Shown here piece after piece: positions 29,982-39,397 of a DNA stretch of 64,000 bases. Both the position numbers and the translations under genes were made by a program. Below the pieces are notes generated by a model. The model worked only from the letters and a program-made list of their open reading frames with translations. It had not been told where the DNA came from and searched no databases. Every line of letters begins with the position of its first letter. Position 1 is the first letter of the stretch. Origin of the DNA: an uncultured Acidimicrobiaceae bacterium (GTDB lineage Bacteria; Actinomycetota; Acidimicrobiia; Acidimicrobiales; RAAP-2). The DNA lies in the NCBI GenBank assembly GCA_963835815.1, contig CAWIGU010000005.1:195827-259826 (forward strand). The letters are read 5' to 3'.

Positions 29982-30369
29982 GACCGTTCTGTTCCCGTGG
30001 GTCGCCACCGGAACGATCACGTACACTCTGCCCCAGCCCCACGAAAACCCGCTGCACGCTGGGGCGTTTGTGATGATCCATACGGGACATCCACGTCAGC
30101 CCTCACCAACGTTGCTTTATGCAATAAACGGCAGTTCAAGGCTTCCGTATTGAGGCAAATAGGCCTGCTGGTGGACCGCGTTTGTGAACACCTTCACAAG
30201 GCGGGATTCAATAATCCCTTGTCAAACACCTTTTTTCCCGCTGCGCTTGCGTTGTTGCAGCCTCCTGCTACAGTCCCGGTCACAAAACGAAGTAAAACTT
30301 TCTGGTCGATGGGTGGAGCCGTCTAAACGAGAATTTCCCAGAAAGTGATGCTGTTCCGACCTACAACAG

Positions 30370-30600
30370 ACCTGTCGGGGTCTTGGCACGCCTGTCCACC
30401 TGGACCGACGTGAAGAATCGACAAAGCGAGGACACACCGAGGACAACCCCCGGGCCTTCACACAACCGGCCGCACACCCTGCGGCAACCAAGCCAGAACG
30501 GACGATGCCTTCCCGCTCTCCGTTCGGGGCGCGTATGCAATGGCCGGAGCCCGCCCCCACCGAGCAGAGCCTGGCGCCCTCGCGCGCCCGACGAAGGGAG
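30370..30600 (+). promoter_or_regulatory. structured 5' leader of the Rpf-like gene; possible ydaO-type (c-di-AMP) riboswitch, unconfirmed
   Basis: Ordered elements GUCGGGGUC (30374-30382), GACGUGAAGAAUCGAC (30407-30422), UUCGGGGCG (30523-30531) and GCCCGACGAAGGGAGG (30587-30602, overlapping the SD). They loosely resemble conserved ydaO blocks. Rpf-type genes are known ydaO targets in Actinobacteria. Confidence 0.25.
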
Positions 30601-30605
30601 GTGCC

Positions 30606-31208
30606 GTGCGGATCCGCATTGCACTCACAACGGCATTGGCCGTCATAGCAGGATTGACCACAGGTATCTTCACACTGGGAGCCCGACAAGCCGCTTCGGC
30701 GCAAGGGACAACCAGTAAGCATGCAGAAGGTGTGCACACCACGGTGCCCACCTCGGCGATGGCAGGATTTGCCATGCCGTTGAGCATTCCGGTCGTGACA
30801 ACGACAACGACGCCACCACCGACGACCACAACGACGTCACCACCTCTCACGGCGGCGAAGCCTGCGATCGTGACGGCGCCGAAAGTGACGACCCCGACTG
30901 TTGCGCCCGTCGCCACGACCCCGACGGCACCGCCGCCCGCACCGGTTGTCACGGTGCCGGTGACCGACGGCACAAGCGTCGCCACCGCAGATTGGACGTG
31001 TATCCGGATGCGCGAGTCGGGCGATCGCTACAACAGTTCGGCGGCACCGTCCGGCGCCTATGGCATCTTGATCAGCACATGGCGTTCGTTCGGGCTTTCC
31101 GGTTGGCCGTATCAAGCCCCGGCGGCCGTGCAGGACCAGATAGCGCTGCAGCTCTACGCGCGCTACGGCTTCCACCCGTGGAGCTCGCGCTACGCCTGCG
31201 GCTTATAG
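30606..31208 (+). CDS. secreted transglycosylase-like (resuscitation-promoting-factor-like) protein with a Thr/Pro-rich linker
   Basis: GTG 30606 follows GGGAGG. It has a signal/anchor (VRIRIALTTALAVIAGLTTGIF), a T/P-rich linker, and a C-terminal ADWTCIRMRESGDRYNSSAAPSGAYGILISTW...YACGL. Confidence 0.7.
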   Translation: MRIRIALTTALAVIAGLTTGIFTLGARQAASAQGTTSKHAEGVHTTVPTSAMAGFAMPLSIPVVTTTTTPPPTTTTTSPPLTAAKPAIVTAPKVTTPTVAPVATTPTAPPPAPVVTVPVTDGTSVATADWTCIRMRESGDRYNSSAAPSGAYGILISTWRSFGLSGWPYQAPAAVQDQIALQLYARYGFHPWSSRYACGL

Positions 31209-31209
31209 A

Positions 31210-31584
31210 TCAGTCCCCGCCGAGAATGGCCGTCACCTGGCCCATGTCGAAGTAGTCCCGCCACGCGGTGATCTTCCCGTCGACGACGTGGAAGGCACCC
31301 ATGACGGGCAGGGGCATCTTCCTGCCTTTGGTGGTGAAGTGGTCGGTCCGCTCGGTGAGCACGGTTGAACCGTCGCTTGCCAAGTGGTGGACCTCGAACT
31401 CCAGTTCTTCGAACATGTCCAGGAACGAGTTCATCATCGCCATGGTGGCCTCGATGCCCTCGGCCGGTTCCAGAGGGATGTTGTGGTACACCACATCATC
31501 CGAGAAGAAGGCTCGTAACGCGTCCGGATTCCTTTCGCGCACTGCAGCACAGAAGTCCCGCACGACCTGTTCGGCGCTCGCCAT
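31210..31584 (-). CDS. SnoaL/limonene-1,2-epoxide-hydrolase-like NTF2-fold protein
   Basis: 124-aa ORF: MASAEQVVRDFCAAVRERNPDALRAFFSDDVVYHNIPLEP... Confidence 0.65.
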   Translation of the reverse strand: MASAEQVVRDFCAAVRERNPDALRAFFSDDVVYHNIPLEPAEGIEATMAMMNSFLDMFEELEFEVHHLASDGSTVLTERTDHFTTKGRKMPLPVMGAFHVVDGKITAWRDYFDMGQVTAILGGD

Positions 31585-31664
31585 GTTTCTCCTCCGACTC
31601 GCTCGCTGTCAGCCGGGTGGGGCTGCGCCTCCCACGCTACCGAGTGGACGGCCATGATGGGGGT

Positions 31665-32387
31665 GTGACCGACTCAGCACGTCCTACCAAGCGGGTCGCC
31701 ATTCTGGCCCCCATGCGTCCGGAGCTGAAGGCGGTGGTCCGAGCCGGGTCGTTGACCCGGACCCAGAACGATGCCGTCTTCTCCCATACCGGGAGCGCCG
31801 GGGAGTGGACGGTACTGGCCTGTGTCATCGGCATGGGACCTGCAGTGGCCAGTGAGGCCACCGAACGGGTGCTGGCTCTCGGACCCTTCGACCACCTCAT
31901 GGTCGTCGGCATCGCCGGCGGACTCGACCCGGCGCTTCCGGTCGGCAGCTTGATGGTTCCGAGCCGGGTCCGCCTGTATCCCGATGGGCCGCTCTATGCG
32001 ACGCAACCCCTGCCGTCACGAACAGCGGAAGGCGGCCTCATGACGACCGACGGCCTGTTCTCCGACGAGGCGGTGTGGCGGCCCATTCTCGAATCGGGTT
32101 TCGGGGCGGTGGACATGGAGGCGGCCGGGGTGGCCGAGGCATGCGACCGGGCCGGGATCGCGTGGTCGGTGTATCGCGGCATCAGCGATCGCCCCGATGA
32201 GAACCTGATCGATCAAGCGGTCTTCGCCCTGAGCAAGCCCGACGGTTCGGCCGATATGGTGGCCCTCGGCAAGTATCTGGCGCGCGATCCGCGCCGGGCC
32301 AAAATGCTGGCTCACCTCAGCCGCTGCATGGAAACGGCTGCGAACGCGGCCGCTGTCGCGGCCTTCGACGATTTGCGGCGCAGCTGA
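31665..32387 (+). CDS. nucleoside phosphorylase / nucleosidase family (PNP_UDP_1-like) protein
   Basis: KRVAILAPMRPELKAV..., MVVGIAGGLD, AVDMEAAGVAE. The start is uncertain (GTG 31665 or GTG 31644). Confidence 0.65.
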   Translation: MTDSARPTKRVAILAPMRPELKAVVRAGSLTRTQNDAVFSHTGSAGEWTVLACVIGMGPAVASEATERVLALGPFDHLMVVGIAGGLDPALPVGSLMVPSRVRLYPDGPLYATQPLPSRTAEGGLMTTDGLFSDEAVWRPILESGFGAVDMEAAGVAEACDRAGIAWSVYRGISDRPDENLIDQAVFALSKPDGSADMVALGKYLARDPRRAKMLAHLSRCMETAANAAAVAAFDDLRRS

Positions 32388-32442
32388 TCCCGAGCGCCCG
32401 TCCGCCCGAGCACCCGTCCGTGCGCTGGTCCTCGCCGGCGCG

Positions 32443-33603
32443 CTAGTCCTCGACCTCCGCCGGAGGGCGCCCGTTGCGCTCGGTCAAACGGGCGATGACG
32501 TGCACGTCGATGGATTCGTCCGACGCCATGCGCAGGATCTGCTGAATGACCGACCCGCGTGTGATTGACTGCCAGCGCGAGAGCTTCGACGTACCCAACA
32601 CGATCTGCGTGATCTGACGTTCGATCGCCGTCCGCATGATTGTGGCCGCCACGTCCTCGCTGTGCACCACCTCCCAGGTCGCCCCCACGTCGTGCACGAG
32701 CTCTTCCAGCGTGTCGATCGTGCCCGGTTTCGCCTCCGCGTCGCCCGTGACCACGTGGAGCACCAGCAGGTCTCCCTTCATGCGGGCCGCCATGCGGGCC
32801 GCCCGCCGGATCACGGTGTCATTGCCGGGCGCCCCTGTCACGGCGACCAGAATCCGCTCGGCCGTGTCCCACACGCCGCTCGATGCGGACGGTCCCCGTG
32901 ATCGCAGGAACTCCAGAAGCTCCTCTTCTGTCTCATCGGCCACGAAGCGCAGGGAGAGCTCGCGCAACGCGACCAGGTTCTCCATCCGGAAGAAGCCGGA
33001 GAGCGCGGCGTGGACCTTGGGCGCCGGGTAGATGTTGCCGTGCACCATGCGGCGCCGCAATTGGTCCGCAGACGAATCGATCAACTCGAGCTGATCCGCC
33101 CGGCGTACGACCCAGTCCGGAACCCGCTCGCGGATGCTGACGCCGGTGATCCGCTCCACGGCGTCGGAAAGGGACTCGATGTGCTGAACGTTGACCGTCG
33201 TGATCACGGCGATTCCCGCGTCCAGAATCTCCAGTACGTCCTCCCAACGCTTCTCGTGCGGCCCGGAACCCGGCACATTGGTATGGGCGAGCTCATCGAT
33301 GAGGACGACCTCGGGATGACGCTCCAAGACGGCGGCCAGATCCATCTCCTCCCAGACCGAATCGCGGTAGCGGACGCTCTTTCTCGGCACGACAGGAAGA
33401 TCGCGCAGCTGTTCGATGGTGTAGCGCCGATTGTGGGTCTCGACGTACCCCACGACGACGTCCGCCCCGCGCTGGAAGCGACGCCACCCCTCGTCGAGCA
33501 TGGCGCATGTCTTGCCCACGCCGGCGGCCGCGCCGAGGTACACCCGGAAGCGACCGGTTGGTCGTACCTCGTCGGGGTCCTGGGGGTCAATGGTGCCGGT
33601 CAT
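32443..33603 (-). CDS. KdpD N-terminal sensor module only (KdpD domain + Usp domain), with no membrane or kinase part
   Basis: 386-aa ORF with a P-loop (GAAAGVGKT), then IDELAHTN, TTVNVQHIESL, and a Usp-like ILVAVTGAPG. It ends before any TM segment. Confidence 0.85.
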   Translation of the reverse strand: MTGTIDPQDPDEVRPTGRFRVYLGAAAGVGKTCAMLDEGWRRFQRGADVVVGYVETHNRRYTIEQLRDLPVVPRKSVRYRDSVWEEMDLAAVLERHPEVVLIDELAHTNVPGSGPHEKRWEDVLEILDAGIAVITTVNVQHIESLSDAVERITGVSIRERVPDWVVRRADQLELIDSSADQLRRRMVHGNIYPAPKVHAALSGFFRMENLVALRELSLRFVADETEEELLEFLRSRGPSASSGVWDTAERILVAVTGAPGNDTVIRRAARMAARMKGDLLVLHVVTGDAEAKPGTIDTLEELVHDVGATWEVVHSEDVAATIMRTAIERQITQIVLGTSKLSRWQSITRGSVIQQILRMASDESIDVHVIARLTERNGRPPAEVED

Positions 33604-33677
33604 CGATCGCTCGTTTCGCGTCAGCCAACAGGGTCGTCACTACACTCGTTGCCAGGCAAACCTATCTCCGGGACGTT

Positions 33678-35222
33678 ATGACTGACGCAATGCGAACGAT
33701 GCCAACCGGGAGCGCAACACACCGGAGGGCGGTCGTGGGCATCATCCTCTCCCTGGCCACCCAAGGCGTCCTCCTCGCCATTTTGGTGCCATTCCGGACC
33801 CACCTCAGTATCGCGACGGCTGCCCTGGCGTTCGTCATCCCCGTCGTCGTCGGCGTCGTTGCCGGTGGCTTCGCGCCGGGAGCATTGGCCTCGGTCGTCG
33901 GGTTCGTGCTCTACGACGTCTTCTTCCTGCCCCCGTACGGCACCTTGACGGTCCACGACGGAGCGAACTGGTTGGCGCTCGTCGTCTATCTCGTCGTGAC
34001 GCTGTTGGTGGCCCAGGTCGTCACCAACCTCAATGCGGCGCGCGACGAAGCCCGTCGCCGCGAGCAGGACGCCGGCCGGCTGTTCGAGCTCTCCCAGGCT
34101 CTCATCGGAGATTTCACGATTTCCGAGTTGCTCGATCACATCGCCGCCACGGTACAGTCCGTCTTCGCCCCGCGCTGGACCGCCCTGCTCCTGCCGGTGG
34201 AGACGCCATTGGCCGCCGACGGACCGGAGCTCTTCGTGGCCGCACGCGACGGTCAGGCGTTGAGTCCCGAGGAATTGACATCGCTCACCTCGCGCGGCGG
34301 ACAGACCCGCTCGCTGGGCATGGCCGGTGGAGAGGCCGCCAGTCGCATCGCGGTGGCCCTGGTGGCGAGCAACAGGCCGGTGGGCCTCCTCGTGCTACAA
34401 GAGGTCCAATTCGCTCGGCAGGACAGGGCCCTGCTCGGAACGTTCGCCAACCAGGCAGCCCTCGCGGTCGAACGGGCACAGCTCTTGGACCAAGCCATGC
34501 GCACTCGTCTCCTGGAGGAGATAGACCGCTGGCGGGGGGCGATGATGGGAGCGGTGTCGCACGATCTGCGGACGCCACTGGCGTCGATCAAGGCCGCCGT
34601 CTCCGGTCTGCGCCAGAACAACGCTGGATTGAGCGAGACGGATCAGGCCGAACTCCTCGAGCTCATCGAACAGCAATCCGACCGCTTGGCCCGCCTCGTC
34701 ACCAACTTGCTCGACATGACGCGCATCGAGTCTGGCGCACTCGCCGTGCGGCCCACACTCATCCCTCTCGACGAGCTCGTGGCCGAAGCGCTGGCCGCCG
34801 TCGACGGGCTGGTCCCCCGGAGCCGTGTGTGCCTGGAGCCGGTGACGGGCCTGCCCTTGCTGCACATCGATCACGTGCTGATCGGACAGGTCCTGGCCAA
34901 CCTGCTGGAGAATGCGGCGCGCCTTTCACCTCCGGAGCGTCCCATCCGCATCGGGGCCCGGACGGTGGGCGAACCCGGGGCACCGTTCGTCGAGATTTCG
35001 GTCACCGACGAGGGTCCGGGCATCGCGCCCGAAGAAAGGGGACGGGTTTTCGAGATGTTCAGCCAGAACAGCGGCGGGGCGAGGGCCGGGCTCGGGTTGG
35101 CTATCGCCAAAGCGTTCGTCGAGGCACACGGCGGCAACATCTGGATCGATCCCACGGCGACGCGTGGCGCGCGCGTCCTGTTCACGGTTCCCGCCGCCGC
35201 ACCGGCGGCGTCGCATGCGTGA
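33678..35222 (+). CDS. kdpD: KdpD C-terminal module: DUF4118 membrane domain + GAF-like + HisKA/HATPase histidine kinase
   Basis: ATG 33678 (MTDAMRTMPTG...), four TM helices, H-box MMGAVSHDLRTPL, N-box LLENAARL, G-box GLGLAIAK. Confidence 0.85.
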   Translation: MTDAMRTMPTGSATHRRAVVGIILSLATQGVLLAILVPFRTHLSIATAALAFVIPVVVGVVAGGFAPGALASVVGFVLYDVFFLPPYGTLTVHDGANWLALVVYLVVTLLVAQVVTNLNAARDEARRREQDAGRLFELSQALIGDFTISELLDHIAATVQSVFAPRWTALLLPVETPLAADGPELFVAARDGQALSPEELTSLTSRGGQTRSLGMAGGEAASRIAVALVASNRPVGLLVLQEVQFARQDRALLGTFANQAALAVERAQLLDQAMRTRLLEEIDRWRGAMMGAVSHDLRTPLASIKAAVSGLRQNNAGLSETDQAELLELIEQQSDRLARLVTNLLDMTRIESGALAVRPTLIPLDELVAEALAAVDGLVPRSRVCLEPVTGLPLLHIDHVLIGQVLANLLENAARLSPPERPIRIGARTVGEPGAPFVEISVTDEGPGIAPEERGRVFEMFSQNSGGARAGLGLAIAKAFVEAHGGNIWIDPTATRGARVLFTVPAAAPAASHA

Positions 35223-35237
35223 CGGGCGTGGTGGCGC

Positions 35238-35936
35238 ATGACGAAGGTGCTGGTGGTCGACGACGATCCGGCGTTGCTCAAGGCACTGCGCATCGGGCTC
35301 ACCGCGCGCGGTGACGAGGTCGCCATGGCGCACTCGGGCACCGACGGCATCACCCAGGTGGCGCTGTTCCATCCTGACCTGGTGATCCTGGACCTGGGCC
35401 TGCCGGACCTGGACGGTCTGGAGGTGTGCCGGCGTATCCGGGAATTCTCCGACATTCCGATCGTCGTCCTGTCGGCCTACGGCGACGAACACCGCAAGGT
35501 CGAGGCGCTCGACGGCGGTGCCGACGACTTCATCACCAAACCCTTCGGCATGGCCGAGCTCGAGGCCCGCCTGCGCGTGGCCATCCGTCATGCCGCGGCG
35601 CGCCAGGGCAACGGGCCGGTTCCGGCGGAGATCATGCAGGTCGGCGAGCTCGAGATCGACATGGTGCACCACATGGCGACCATGGGCACGACCGCCCTCA
35701 CCCTGACGAGCCGAGAATTCGACCTGCTGGCGTATCTCGCCCGCTACGCCGGGAAGGTGTGCACGCACCACATGATCCTCAAGGACGTGTGGGGACCCGG
35801 CTACGGGGCTGAGTCCAACTACGTACGCGTCTACATTCACCGTCTCCGCAAGAAGATGAACGACGACGAAGGTCTTCTCCTGCGCACCGTACCGGGAATC
35901 GGGTATCAGCTCGTGGACCAACCGCGCGCCGACTGA
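35238..35936 (+). CDS. kdpE: OmpR-family response regulator, KdpE-like
   Basis: 232-aa ORF with a receiver domain (VLVVDDDP, LDLGLPDLDG) and a winged-helix domain (LTSREFDLLAYLA, VRVYIHRLRKK). Confidence 0.85.
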   Translation: MTKVLVVDDDPALLKALRIGLTARGDEVAMAHSGTDGITQVALFHPDLVILDLGLPDLDGLEVCRRIREFSDIPIVVLSAYGDEHRKVEALDGGADDFITKPFGMAELEARLRVAIRHAAARQGNGPVPAEIMQVGELEIDMVHHMATMGTTALTLTSREFDLLAYLARYAGKVCTHHMILKDVWGPGYGAESNYVRVYIHRLRKKMNDDEGLLLRTVPGIGYQLVDQPRAD

Positions 35937-36092
35937 TCGGACGTGGTCACCGGCCGAGCTGTGCACCCGACGTCTGCTGCGTCAACAAAGTGTCAGCGGG
36001 CCCTCGGGGCCACGCCTGCGTAGAGTGAGCCTCGTCGATACGGTACGGTGCCGCGTGGGCGAGCAGGCCCACAGGACGCAGGGGGTGGAGAG

Positions 36093-36888
36093 ATGGGATT
36101 GGAACTCAAGGGTTGTCGCGCCCTGGTCACTGGTGCCTCCTCGGGCATCGGTGCGGGCCTGGCCGAGGGGTTGGCAGCGCAGGGGGCCATCGTCGGCATC
36201 TGTGCCCGCCGCGGCGAACTGCTGGCTGAGGTGGTCGACCGGTGCATGGAACATTCGCCCGAAAGTCGCATGTGGGCCGTGGACCTGGCCGACTTCGACG
36301 CCGTCGACCAATTCGAGCGTGGACGTGCTCGACGCGTTCGGCGGGATCGATCTGCTGGTGAACAACGCCGGCATCCCCAAGCGCCGCCACGTCACGGCGC
36401 TGAACATCGACACCATCACCCAGGTCATGCACATCAACTACCTCTCCCCCATGCGCCTCACCATGGCCCTTCTGCCCCAGATGTTGGAGCGGGGTGCGGG
36501 GACCATCGTGAACGTCTCGTCCATCGCGGCCCAACTGAGTGCACCCGGAGAGGCCGCGTACGACGCCTCCAAGGCGGCGCTCACCGCGTTCTCCGAAGCG
36601 ATGGCCATGGACCTGTGGGAGACGGGCATCAAGCTCATGGTCGTCTACCCCGGCGTGATCGACACTCCGCTCTTCAGCCTGCCCGACAACGACGTCCCGG
36701 ACCTGCCTGTCACGGCCGAGCCCGTCTCGGTCGCCGTGGATGCGATTCTCGCCGGCCTGGCGTCCGGAGCGGCCCAGGTCTACGTACCGGAGTACTTCCG
36801 CGACATCTGCACCTCGAAGGCACAGGACGTCCCCGCGTTCTTGGAGAACACCGCCGGGTATCTCCGGGAGCACCGCGTGGCCAACTGA
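36093..36888 (+). pseudogene. SDR-family oxidoreductase; frame break near 36311-36320
   Basis: N-terminus in ORF 36048.. (MGLELKGCRALVTGASSGIGAG). The remainder is in ORF 36025..36888 (LVNNAGI, YDASKAAL). The span is 3n+1 nt. Confidence 0.8.
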
Positions 36889-36932
36889 GGCACCCTCCGC
36901 GGCAGGTACTCTCGAGGGCACGCCCCGCGGGA

Positions 36933-38189
36933 ATGGCGGCGACCAAGTCTGGGGAGAGGAACGAGGCACGCGTGAAGGTCGAGCCCGAAGCGGCAGGGAT
37001 GAACGAAGCTCGCTTGGAACGGATCACCCACCACTTCGAACAGAACTACGTGATCCCCGGGAAGATCGCCGGCTGCCAGGTCACCGTCGTGCGCGGCGGG
37101 CACACGGCGTACCACCGGTCGCTGGGACTGATGGATCGTGAGCAGGAACGTCCCATGCGTGACGACGCCATCTTTCGCATCTTCTCCATGACCAAGCCGA
37201 TCGCGTCCGTCGCTCTCATGCAGCTCTACGAGCGGGGCATGTTCCAACTGACCGATCCGGTCCACCGCTTCATTCCCGAGTGGCGCGGCCTCCGCGTGGG
37301 AGAGGTGCAACCCGACGGCTCGGTCACCAAGGTGAAGCCGAACCGTCCCATGAACGTGCGCGACGTCCTCATGCACATGACGGGTCTTCCCGGGGGGCTC
37401 TTTCCGGGCCACCCGATCGACGACGAGTTCGCCCAGGCCCGTGAGGCGGAGAAGAAGGGGATGACACTCGAGACGATCACGGCCCTCCTTTCGCAGTACC
37501 CGTTGAAATTCCACCCGGGGACCCACTGGAACTACGGCCTCTCCACGGACATCGTCGGGCGCCTGGTCGAGATCATGGCCGGGGACCGCTTCGACGACTA
37601 CCTCCAGCGGGAGATCCTCGAGCCCCTCGGGATGACCGACACCGGCTTCGTCGTCCCCGAGGAGTCGGCGGAACGGTTCACGGCCCTCTACCAATTCCGG
37701 CCGGCGCGCACGCCCGCCCTGGTCGAGACGGGCCAGGAGAGCCCGTACCTGCGCCCACGCTCGTATCTCTCGGGGGCGGGGGGGATGGTCTCGACGACGC
37801 AGGACTATGTCGCATTCTGCCGGATGCTCCTCAACGGCGGCCACCTCGACGGCCAGCGCATCCTCGGCCGCAAGACCCTGGAGCTCATGACGAGCAACCA
37901 CCTTCCCGGGGGGGCGACGTTGTCCGATGTCGCCGTCGGCGGGTTCGGCGAAGCCGGGTTCGACGGCGTCGGATTCGGCCTGGGCTTCGCGGTGGGCCTG
38001 GGGCCGGTCCCCACGGCCATGGCCGGTTCGGCGGGCGACTTCTACTGGGGCGGAGCAGCCAGCACCGCATTCTGGGTCGATCCGAAAGAGGACCTGTTCG
38101 CTGTCTTCATGACGCAACTCCTGCCCTCGGTGGCCTATCCCATCCGGGCGCAACTGCGGGCGTTGGTGTACCAGGCAATCGATGACTGA
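36933..38189 (+). CDS. serine hydrolase, beta-lactamase/esterase family (class C-like)
   Basis: SxxK motif (FSMTKP), YGLST, and a GGMVST-type C-terminal region. The start is uncertain (ATG 36933, GTG 36972 or ATG 36999). Confidence 0.75.
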   Translation: MAATKSGERNEARVKVEPEAAGMNEARLERITHHFEQNYVIPGKIAGCQVTVVRGGHTAYHRSLGLMDREQERPMRDDAIFRIFSMTKPIASVALMQLYERGMFQLTDPVHRFIPEWRGLRVGEVQPDGSVTKVKPNRPMNVRDVLMHMTGLPGGLFPGHPIDDEFAQAREAEKKGMTLETITALLSQYPLKFHPGTHWNYGLSTDIVGRLVEIMAGDRFDDYLQREILEPLGMTDTGFVVPEESAERFTALYQFRPARTPALVETGQESPYLRPRSYLSGAGGMVSTTQDYVAFCRMLLNGGHLDGQRILGRKTLELMTSNHLPGGATLSDVAVGGFGEAGFDGVGFGLGFAVGLGPVPTAMAGSAGDFYWGGAASTAFWVDPKEDLFAVFMTQLLPSVAYPIRAQLRALVYQAIDD

Positions 38190-39147
38190 CCCTTCGTCGT
38201 CCGACCAGCGGCGGGAGCCGGCAGACGCGACGGTCGTCCCTCGCTTCGCCGGTCTTTCCACGTTCGCCCGGCTGCCGACGATCGACCAGGTGGAGGCGTG
38301 GGACATCGCCGTGGTCGGCATCCCCTTCGACGGAGGGACCACCTACCGGCCCGGTGCACGCTTTGGTCCGAGCGCCGTGCGGCAGGGGTCACGCCTCCTG
38401 CGTCCCTATCATCCCGAATTGGAGGCCCTTCCGTTCGAGCTGGCCCATGTGGTCGACGCGGGCGACATCAGCTGCACTCCGTTCGACCTCGAGGCCGCGG
38501 TATCGCAGATAGAAGCGGGAGCCGATGCACTCCTGCGGGGAGGGGGCCGGATCGTGGCGGTGGGCGGTGATCACACCGTCGCCCTGCCACTGCTGCGGGC
38601 CACCGCCAAGCGCCACGGCCCGCTGGCCCTGGTGCACTTCGACGCGCATCTCGACACCTGGGACACCTACTTCGGTCAGCGCTTCACCCACGGGACGCCG
38701 TTCCGTCGGGCCTGGGAGGAGAACCTGCTCCTGCGGGACCGCAGCGCGCATGTGGGACTGCGGGGCCCTCTCTACGGCCGTGCCGACCTGGCCGACGACG
38801 CCACCATGGGTTTCTTGCAGATCTCGTCCAACGATGTGGGCCGGGAAGGCACCGACGCCACGATCGCCCGGCTCCTCGAACGAGTCGGTGATGCCCCCCT
38901 CTATGTCTCGGTGGACATCGACGTCCTCGACCCGGCACACGCCCCGGGAACGGGAACGCCCGAAGCGGGGGGCCTGACCAGCCGGGAACTCCTGGCGCTC
39001 GTACGTGGACTGGACGGTGCGTCCGTCGTCGGGGGCGATGTGGTCGAGGTCGCACCGGCGTACGACCACGCCGAGATCACGGCCATTGCCGCCGCACACG
39101 TGCTCTACGACCTCGTCACGTTGATGGCGCGGCATCGGGGTGCGTGA
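38182..39147 (+). CDS. agmatinase/ureohydrolase-family protein (agmatinase or guanidino-acid hydrolase)
   Basis: Mn-binding motifs [13 protein letters not shown] and SVDIDVLDP. 321 aa. Confidence 0.85.
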   Translation: MTDPSSSDQRREPADATVVPRFAGLSTFARLPTIDQVEAWDIAVVGIPFDGGTTYRPGARFGPSAVRQGSRLLRPYHPELEALPFELAHVVDAGDISCTPFDLEAAVSQIEAGADALLRGGGRIVAVGGDHTVALPLLRATAKRHGPLALVHFDAHLDTWDTYFGQRFTHGTPFRRAWEENLLLRDRSAHVGLRGPLYGRADLADDATMGFLQISSNDVGREGTDATIARLLERVGDAPLYVSVDIDVLDPAHAPGTGTPEAGGLTSRELLALVRGLDGASVVGGDVVEVAPAYDHAEITAIAAAHVLYDLVTLMARHRGA

Positions 39148-39397
39148 CGCGCAGGGTCTTCCACGTCGCACTGTCGCAGAGGTGGCCCAGGAACTCGACG
39201 TCATAGAGCATGCCGTTCGGCTCGGCCGAGACGCAGCACGGCACGAGGAGGAGATCGAGGACGCTGCCGGCCTCAACGTGGTCCGGACGATGTAACAGTG
39301 CATTCACGGAGCTGAAACCGACCATGAATGGCCCCGTCCTACGCTGGAAACACAACATGACGGGGAAGGCTTTTGTGACGGCGAGCCAGGTGTCGCG

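Noticed and set aside
30203-30218. A tRNA-like T-arm or intrinsic terminator at GGGATT-CAAT-AATCCC.
   Set aside because: There is no cloverleaf context, and the loop length is wrong for a T-loop. The T6 tract is 12 nt from the stem rather than adjacent, so this is neither a tRNA nor a canonical terminator. It is kept only as part of the AT-rich-island observation.
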